Shown: piece by piece, positions 58,182 to 64,000 of the stretch
Numbering within the stretch: position 1 is the first letter of the stretch
Layout of the letters: every line of letters starts with the position of its first letter
Assembly (NCBI GenBank): GCA_016839555.1
Contig: JAEOUA010000006.1
Span: 352,001-416,000 of the forward strand
DNA length: 64,000 nt
DNA from: Promethearchaeota archaeon
Lineage (GTDB): Archaea > Asgardarchaeota > Lokiarchaeia > Sigyniarchaeales > SOKP01
Reading direction: 5' to 3'
The notes under the pieces: generated by a model
What the model saw: only the letters and a program-made list of their open reading frames with translations
The model's database searches: none
What the model was told of the DNA's origin: nothing
Program-made: the position numbers and the translations under genes

Positions 58182-59069
58182 TTATAAATTATATTGTTCA
58201 AATAAAATTAAAAGCACTATTAGTACTTGAGTATCATCGAGTTCATAATTAGTTTTTAAGAAATCGTATATAATTTTTAATGATGTTAATATCTCAATGG
58301 TATTAACGTTTGGTTTTAGTGTGTAATCACCACGGAGCATTTCGAGATAATATGTTCCAAAGGCATTTATCTTTGCATAGATTAAAATCCCAGTTATTCT
58401 ACTATAAATGAGTTCTGTTGACTGAATTCCAGTTTGTTTAATATTAAATTGAATAAATTGAAAATCTTCCTGAATATTTAATATATAATTATTTTCAGTC
58501 GCAGTCTCGATTGCTAATTGCTTTACATATTTCAGATTTTTAGGAATTAAAATCCCAGAATCAAATACATAATGTCCTAAATACATATTATAATAAATTT
58601 CGCCATTTGAACAATTATTACGAGTTAGATTCACTGAGCCTCTCGGTTTAGTAATGATTATGTCCATATAAGGCATATTTGTATTTGGAAATTTATTATA
58701 AAATCCCCAAGTGTCATTTACATGCCGGTCATAAAAGCCAGTAAAATTAACCTTAACTTTTCCTCCTGGACCTGTTGCCCACTGTTGCCAAACATCTTGC
58801 CAATTGTCTGTTGAATTCTTATCAAAGTTATACCAAGGATAAGTAACACCAAATCCTATAACATTATAAATATATTCAGTACTCATATTTATTTTACTTG
58901 AATACTCATCTGGAATACTAGATTGTGTATGTGGGTTAGGAGAATTTTTTACGGCGGTAAATGCATTGAAATCAACATTTTGACTATTTGGTTGGATTTT
59001 AAGAAATGCCAATGGAAAAAAAATTCCTATAAGTAAGATAGTTGCAATTATGATAATCTTATTTTTCAT
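58182..59069 (-). CDS. Exported/surface hypothetical protein
   Basis: N-terminal signal/anchor; Asn/Tyr-rich with several N-x-S/T sequons. Confidence 0.7.
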   Translation of the reverse strand: MKNKIIIIATILLIGIFFPLAFLKIQPNSQNVDFNAFTAVKNSPNPHTQSSIPDEYSSKINMSTEYIYNVIGFGVTYPWYNFDKNSTDNWQDVWQQWATGPGGKVKVNFTGFYDRHVNDTWGFYNKFPNTNMPYMDIIITKPRGSVNLTRNNCSNGEIYYNMYLGHYVFDSGILIPKNLKYVKQLAIETATENNYILNIQEDFQFIQFNIKQTGIQSTELIYSRITGILIYAKINAFGTYYLEMLRGDYTLKPNVNTIEILTSLKIIYDFLKTNYELDDTQVLIVLLILFEQYNL

Positions 59070-59111
59070 TTTTTCATATCTATTTTTATTTTTAGATTAA
59101 CTTAATATATA

Positions 59112-59219
59112 ATAGGTTAACTTTCCTATAAAAATTTTTCCTTTTTGATTGATTATCTAAGGTTCATGGTTTAATATCATATAAATTGTAAAAATTTATT
59201 AGTAGGATAAATTACCTAT
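59112..59219. promoter_or_regulatory. Two TAGG-N8-CCTA palindromes (59112..59129, 59202..59219), candidate TF operators
   Basis: ATAGGTTAACTTTCCTAT and GTAGGATAAATTACCTAT in the divergent intergenic region. Confidence 0.45.
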
Positions 59220-59256
59220 AGTTTATAAGAAAGAAAAAATTAGTAAACATGAATAA

Positions 59257-59979
59257 ATGATGAATAAAAAACCAAATATGAATGATAATAAAATTATTAA
59301 AACATTCAAGGATAATGAATCTAGCTATACTGAAACGGAAATAAATTCTGATAATGAAATTCTCTTAAAAAAACAATCAGAGTTAAAAGGTAAGGAAGAA
59401 AATTATATTCAATCTGTGTGGTTACAAAAATTTTCATTCAGAATCGCCCTTATTAGTATGTTTAGTGCGCTTGCAGTAGTTTTAGGGTATACTTTAGCTC
59501 CTATCCCTAATGTAGAACTCTTTACCTTAATGATATTCCTTGGAGGCTTCATAATGGGCTATAAAGAAGGAGTAATAATAGGGCTTTTAAGTTCTTTTAT
59601 ATTTGTATTTTTTAATCCTTATGGAATATCACCTTTACCCCTTTTAACATATCAAATTATACATTATGGATTAGTAGGATTAGCGGGAGCCTTAACCTAC
59701 AAATTTCTGAAAGGGAAAGATTTTTTTAAACCAAAAGATGATTTATATGTATTTAAAATTATACTTTTATTCGGATTTATTGGGGCAATTATCACAGTTA
59801 CTTACGATTTAATTACAACACTTATTGGCGCAATTATGATATATAGTACTTTTGATGCTTTCGTACCTTATTTTCTTTCAGGTGTATTTTTCACTACTGT
59901 TCATGAGATCGGGAACACGCTCGGTTTTGTTTTTATCTTACCTGGATTAATCCAACTGTTATATAAAATCTTGTATTAG
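59257..59979 (+). CDS. ECF transporter S component (CbrT-like)
   Basis: A.ISMFSAL, IPNVEL, G...G..IG, NPYG; about 6 TM helices. Confidence 0.75.
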   Translation: MMNKKPNMNDNKIIKTFKDNESSYTETEINSDNEILLKKQSELKGKEENYIQSVWLQKFSFRIALISMFSALAVVLGYTLAPIPNVELFTLMIFLGGFIMGYKEGVIIGLLSSFIFVFFNPYGISPLPLLTYQIIHYGLVGLAGALTYKFLKGKDFFKPKDDLYVFKIILLFGFIGAIITVTYDLITTLIGAIMIYSTFDAFVPYFLSGVFFTTVHEIGNTLGFVFILPGLIQLLYKILY

Positions 59980-60114
59980 GAGTTTATTTTAAAAAAATTA
60001 GTATTAAAGATATAGATTTATATCTGTTGTTAAGATCCTTTTTTATTAAATTATTCAATCTGATTAGATTTTATAAACAAATAGAATTAGGAATGAGCTA
60101 AAATTCCGATTAAA

Positions 60115-60603
60115 TTAATTTTGATCTTCCAGATATAGAAAATTTAGTTCTCCACCCGCTTCTTCGATTTTTTCAATCGCTTTTTTACTCGCTTTTTCTA
60201 CAGTTATGTTTACTTTTTTGTTTATTTCTCCTCTTCCCAGAAGTTTTTGAATATTAATCTCATCCAAATTTATAGTATACATATCTCCCGATTTTGAAGC
60301 TTTTTTCTGTTGTACATATTTATTAAGATTTAAATCCAAATCTTTTACATTTAGAGAATTGATGTGGGAGAGTCGAACCATATCTTGAGGGCGTTTAAAG
60401 CCCTTTTTACCCAATTTCCAATCGGGATCTGGAAAGCCAAGTTCCTTTTGTTTGAGATAATAACTTTTCATACTTTTTTTCAATTGTGTCGTTTTACCCC
60501 GTCCTGCGCGTTGTCCAGTTTTTCGATGTTGGCCAACCCGACCATAGCCCATGGTCCTATTTCCTCTTTTTTTCTGAGACTTCTTTTTATATTTTCGTGT
60601 CAT
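60115..60603 (-). CDS. rpl15: 50S ribosomal protein uL15
   Basis: RG.RT.G.G...HR..G.R.GRG, KLLGRG, A..KIE.AGG. Confidence 0.96.
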   Translation of the reverse strand: MTRKYKKKSQKKRGNRTMGYGRVGQHRKTGQRAGRGKTTQLKKSMKSYYLKQKELGFPDPDWKLGKKGFKRPQDMVRLSHINSLNVKDLDLNLNKYVQQKKASKSGDMYTINLDEINIQKLLGRGEINKKVNITVEKASKKAIEKIEEAGGELNFLYLEDQN

Positions 60604-60616
60604 TTTTCATTCCTCT

Positions 60617-61165
60617 TTACATCATTTTATGAATTAGTTGATTGATATACACGCCAACATAACCAAGAGTACCTCCTTCATTGAAATGTTTTTTTATGGA
60701 TCCTAAATGTCCTCCTTTAGGCGGATGTAATCTGAAGACAGGTTTAATTTTATGGATGTATTTATTATGATATTTAATTTTACCTTCAATTAAATTATTC
60801 GCTAAATCTTTAATATTTTTATAATCAGTATATTTACGAAGATATTCATCTGTGAGTGGTTTATTACCCTCAACTTTTCCTCGAGTCCTTAAAAGTCTAA
60901 CGAGTGTTTTTTTATCAACTTCACCAAAACAAATATAACTATTAACTTTTAGAAGCATTCCTAATTGACTTTTTACACCCCATACGAGCACTGCATGGTT
61001 TACTTTATGCATTCGTAGCATTTTAAGTGTATCTTCATTTTTCTTACTCATTCTTGGGGCACCTCTAATACGAATTGCCATATATAGCTGGGGAGCTTCT
61101 ATCTGGTTTAAGTTAATTTTTAGCTTCTTCCTACTTATTATGTCATTAGCCATCATATTCTCCAC
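60617..61165 (-). CDS. rpl30: 50S ribosomal protein uL30
   Basis: IRIRG, TL.MLR, FRLHPP.GG. Confidence 0.96.
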   Translation of the reverse strand: MENMMANDIISRKKLKINLNQIEAPQLYMAIRIRGAPRMSKKNEDTLKMLRMHKVNHAVLVWGVKSQLGMLLKVNSYICFGEVDKKTLVRLLRTRGKVEGNKPLTDEYLRKYTDYKNIKDLANNLIEGKIKYHNKYIHKIKPVFRLHPPKGGHLGSIKKHFNEGGTLGYVGVYINQLIHKMM

Positions 61166-61177
61166 TCTATGTAAATA

Positions 61178-61795
61178 TTATACATTAAAATTGTATTTAT
61201 GAGCGTTTTTTAAAGCATTAAAAGTCGCTTTAACTAGGTTTTCACTTGTTCGTGTATCACCGAAAGTTTTAGACCAAATATCTTCAATTCCCGCTAGTTT
61301 CAAAACTTGCTTTACTTTATCTGCACAAGCGAGACCAATACCTGCAGGAGCAGGAATTAATTGAACTTTTACAGAACCACATTTTCCTTCCGTTTTAAAT
61401 GGAATACTATGATTTCCTCCACAGCCACACTCAATACTGCCACAACCTCTTAATACGGGAACAACAGCTAATTTCGCTCTATCTATTGCCTTACGGATGG
61501 CGGGTCCAACTTCCTTATTTTTTGCGCTACCATAACCTAAAAATCCATCAGCTCCTACAATAACAACCGCTTTAAATCGTGATTTTTGTCCACTAGCAGT
61601 CATTTGCTGAACCATTTTAATAGTAATAACATCTTCCTCGAGTTGTGGTAGAAGTTGGTCAATAACTTCCTTTTCCTTCACAACTAAATTATTTTGAAAT
61701 ATTTTATCAATTGTGATTAAACCTTGTTGGACAAGCTCGCCTAATTTTGTTTTAGGGATCCACAGATCCTCAGCTTCTTTTCGACGTCTGCTCAT
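61178..61795 (-). CDS. rps5: 30S ribosomal protein uS5
   Basis: W.PKTKLG, RGCGS.EC.C, PAP.G.GL. Confidence 0.97.
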   Translation of the reverse strand: MSRRRKEAEDLWIPKTKLGELVQQGLITIDKIFQNNLVVKEKEVIDQLLPQLEEDVITIKMVQQMTASGQKSRFKAVVIVGADGFLGYGSAKNKEVGPAIRKAIDRAKLAVVPVLRGCGSIECGCGGNHSIPFKTEGKCGSVKVQLIPAPAGIGLACADKVKQVLKLAGIEDIWSKTFGDTRTSENLVKATFNALKNAHKYNFNV

Positions 61796-61802
61796 TTTTT
61801 TA

Positions 61803-62396
61803 TTAATTGTTTGATTTTATACTTTCAAATGTAGTTTTAAAAATTTTTGTAAAATTTTCAGGATTAATATCTTTTTTCTTTAGATATCCTGAGAACACCT
61901 CTTGGTATTTTTCTGGTTGTTGTTTTTTTAATAATTTAGCATAATCTTCTATATGAGAACCATTATACCTATTTTCTAAACTTTCTGGAAAAAATTTCTC
62001 ACGATAAGGGATATTCATCCCAGTATCAATTATCCCTTTAAAAGCGGCAAGCACGCGGTTTTTATGATAAAAAATACCTAAATCAAGGATAGCTTCTTTT
62101 ATTCCCGCTTTTTTAGCACGTATACCTGCTAAATATCCTGTTAAATATGATGCGGGTATATTACCTGTATTAGCTTGCCAATTAAAATTATTAGATAGTT
62201 CTTTTGAGTTTGCAGAGCTAATAACTTCGTCTCCTCCAAATTTTGACTTGATAAATTGAACTTCAATATGATTTAAAGAAGCTCTAATAATTGCTCTTAA
62301 TTTTTTTGATTTTATTAATTTTAATCTCTTTTTATAATTTGTATTTCCCTCAATTCTTCTGCGTAAAGGTAGACGGTGTCTGGGACCTTTTGCCAT
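61803..62396 (-). CDS. rpl18: 50S ribosomal protein uL18
   Basis: RRR.EG.TNY..RL, GN.PA.YLTG, G.HI..YA. Confidence 0.96.
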   Translation of the reverse strand: MAKGPRHRLPLRRRIEGNTNYKKRLKLIKSKKLRAIIRASLNHIEVQFIKSKFGGDEVISSANSKELSNNFNWQANTGNIPASYLTGYLAGIRAKKAGIKEAILDLGIFYHKNRVLAAFKGIIDTGMNIPYREKFFPESLENRYNGSHIEDYAKLLKKQQPEKYQEVFSGYLKKKDINPENFTKIFKTTFESIKSNN

Positions 62397-62400
62397 ATAA

Positions 62401-62856
62401 TTATCGACCTCTCCTTATTAAATCATGTTCATTAATATATCGATTTAAATGGGCAACATTATTAAACATCCCACCTTTTGCTTTTTTATAGAGCTCACGA
62501 TAAGTAGTTTTAGTAATAATCTTTCTATCCCGCAATTTTTTTAAGGTCCTACGAAGTGGACGGATACGCTTCATCCATGCTTGCTTTTTTGGAGTTCTTG
62601 CTTTTTTAGCACCCTTTCTTTTTCCTAATCCTGTACCAAGACCCTTCTTCTTTCGTTTATGTTGTAATTTTTGTCTATAATTAGAAGTGCCTTTTTTGTA
62701 TTCTTTTCTAATAATTCCTTCCTTTATTAAATTGCGTATATCTTCTCTCGTGATAGCCATCTTAATTTCATCTAGGAAATATGGATCGAAATACACTCGA
62801 TTTTCTCCGCAGTTTAAAATTTCTGCAGCCATCCTTTTTTGCGCACTTACATTCAT
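62401..62856 (-). CDS. rpl19e: 50S ribosomal protein eL19
   Basis: QKR.AA, AITR.DIR, G.RKG...AR, LY..AKGG.F. Confidence 0.97.
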   Translation of the reverse strand: MNVSAQKRMAAEILNCGENRVYFDPYFLDEIKMAITREDIRNLIKEGIIRKEYKKGTSNYRQKLQHKRKKKGLGTGLGKRKGAKKARTPKKQAWMKRIRPLRRTLKKLRDRKIITKTTYRELYKKAKGGMFNNVAHLNRYINEHDLIRRGR

Positions 62857-62922
62857 TTCAATTCAGTTTTAATAATATTGTATAGTTTTAATTAAAATAT
62901 TATTTTTTATGATGTATTCTTA

Positions 62923-63390
62923 TTAATCTTCTTCCACTAATTCTTCTTCATCTATATCAGGAATCTCTCCCTCTATAATTGCTTCCAACTCTTCAAGTTC
63001 TCTTTGTGAGATTCCAACATTCAATATTTTAAATCCTTTATTTCGTGCAAAATCTATTAGAGGAATTCTCTTTCGAGCCCCTATTCTCCTCGATATTTTT
63101 ATAGCATGGCGTTTCGGATTCAAATCTTCTAAATCTTGTTTGGTAATCACTCTTACTTCCTCATATCCAGAAGGATGAATACCTCTTATTTCTTTAGGAG
63201 TTCGATATCCTATATTAGGTGATTTCACTCCGGATTTTGTTTTTTTCCTCGTTTTAGAATCAATACCTCTGGCTTTTCTCCATGAATCTTTAACCCTCTT
63301 ATATCTCCAAGATTCAACTCTTCTAAATTCTGGTCGTTTCTTTTTCATTTTTTTTCGCAGTTCCAATAATTTCTCTTTAGAACGATTCAT
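62923..63390 (-). CDS. rpl32e: 50S ribosomal protein eL32
   Basis: P.F.R, WRK.RG.DSK, GY, HPSG. Confidence 0.96.
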   Translation of the reverse strand: MNRSKEKLLELRKKMKKKRPEFRRVESWRYKRVKDSWRKARGIDSKTRKKTKSGVKSPNIGYRTPKEIRGIHPSGYEEVRVITKQDLEDLNPKRHAIKISRRIGARKRIPLIDFARNKGFKILNVGISQRELEELEAIIEGEIPDIDEEELVEED

Positions 63391-63412
63391 AATTTTACAC
63401 CTTTTAATGGTT

Positions 63413-64000
63413 TTATCTTATCTCCCATAAAACTTGATCTCCATGCAATATTTTATAAAGATATACTCCATCTTGATAAATTCTTGGGTCTTTTTTGCGA
63501 ATCCTACATATTTTTTTAATATTTGCTGCGGTTTGACCTAATATTTCTTTGTCAGGACCAATTAAATGGACATCTTCTCCTTTTACTTCAACATCCAATT
63601 TTGTTGGATCATATTTAACTTTTCTCGGCGCACGTTCCCCTAAAAAATTAATAATCCGGATTTCTTTTTTCTGAGGGTCTGCTTCAACAGAACAGGGGAA
63701 ATGAGAATAGCAGACTTTAGAAATATAATGATAATTTGTTGTGATTCCTTTCATTAAATTTTGAATAATATTGATAATAGTGTTAGCTAATGCAACTGTT
63801 GAGCTTTTCGGGAAATGAGCTTTAAAAATTAATTTATTCTTTTCTTTTTCAATAGAAATACCTCTAATATGGGAAAAATCTTTTGAGACGGAACCATTGG
63901 GGCCTTCTATTTCTATATAATGATTTTCACCTAATTTTACTTGTACCCCTTCCGGTATTTCTATTTCCTCCTTAAATAATGCTTGTTTTACCATAGTCAT
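63413..64000 (-). CDS. rpl6: 50S ribosomal protein uL6
   Basis: IPEGV, YSHFP, NFLGE, D.R.YQDG.Y. Confidence 0.96.
   Translation of the reverse strand: MTMVKQALFKEEIEIPEGVQVKLGENHYIEIEGPNGSVSKDFSHIRGISIEKEKNKLIFKAHFPKSSTVALANTIINIIQNLMKGITTNYHYISKVCYSHFPCSVEADPQKKEIRIINFLGERAPRKVKYDPTKLDVEVKGEDVHLIGPDKEILGQTAANIKKICRIRKKDPRIYQDGVYLYKILHGDQVLWEIR

Noticed and set aside
1817-62872. Numerous 60-165 aa antisense or alternate-frame ORFs (e.g. 4133..4462, 11732..12205, 14402..14896, 33772..34164, 35586..36002)
   Set aside because: They overlap well-supported genes and carry no motifs.
1-64000. Selenoprotein genes (in-frame TGA plus SECIS)
   Set aside because: The TGA-ending ORFs I inspected are complete proteins with no sensible continuation. 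This was a manual check only, so very short selenoproteins could be missed.
1-64000. CRISPR arrays, IS/transposases, integrases, prophage genes
   Set aside because: No regularly spaced repeats or recognisable mobile-element proteins, and no tRNA 3'-end duplications (att sites) seen.
1-64000. Genome-wide TAA reassignment
   Set aside because: Most conserved genes (rpl1, rpl12, rps5, aroE, selB) end at TAA exactly at their expected C-termini.

Overview
AT-rich archaeal chromosome segment, most consistent with an Asgard archaeon (Lokiarchaeia-like). Support for that: archaeal lipid genes (GGGPS, GGR), archaeal/eukaryote-type r-proteins (eL14, eL19, eL32, eL34, P0/P1), Sec machinery (SepSecS, tRNA-Sec, SelB/eEFSec), and Roadblock/LC7, Yip1, EMC3/TMCO1, LITAF-like and CdvA-like proteins. 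Most genes are housekeeping or metabolic (ilvD, leuCD-like, aroDEK, thi4, adk, tmk, cmk, secY, two r-protein clusters). No transposase, integrase, prophage or CRISPR array was seen. The most notable signals are RNA-level: a tRNA-Ile(UAU) with three BHB-type introns (21/22, 38/39, 59/60), a 9/4 tRNA-Sec with a ~30-nt D-arm insertion next to SepSecS, a multi-helix switch-like leader before the uL11-uL1-uL10-P1 operon, and an in-frame TAA that cuts the conserved GIGSLF tail off uL10. Candidate uncharacterised systems: a membrane-anchored HerA/VirB4 ATPase with a divergent membrane partner (Ced-like?), a DUF4430/ECF-S divergon with twin palindromic operators (corrinoid uptake?), tandem LITAF-like proteins and a coiled-coil protein pair. 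All calls come from motif reading and manual folding; no searches were run.
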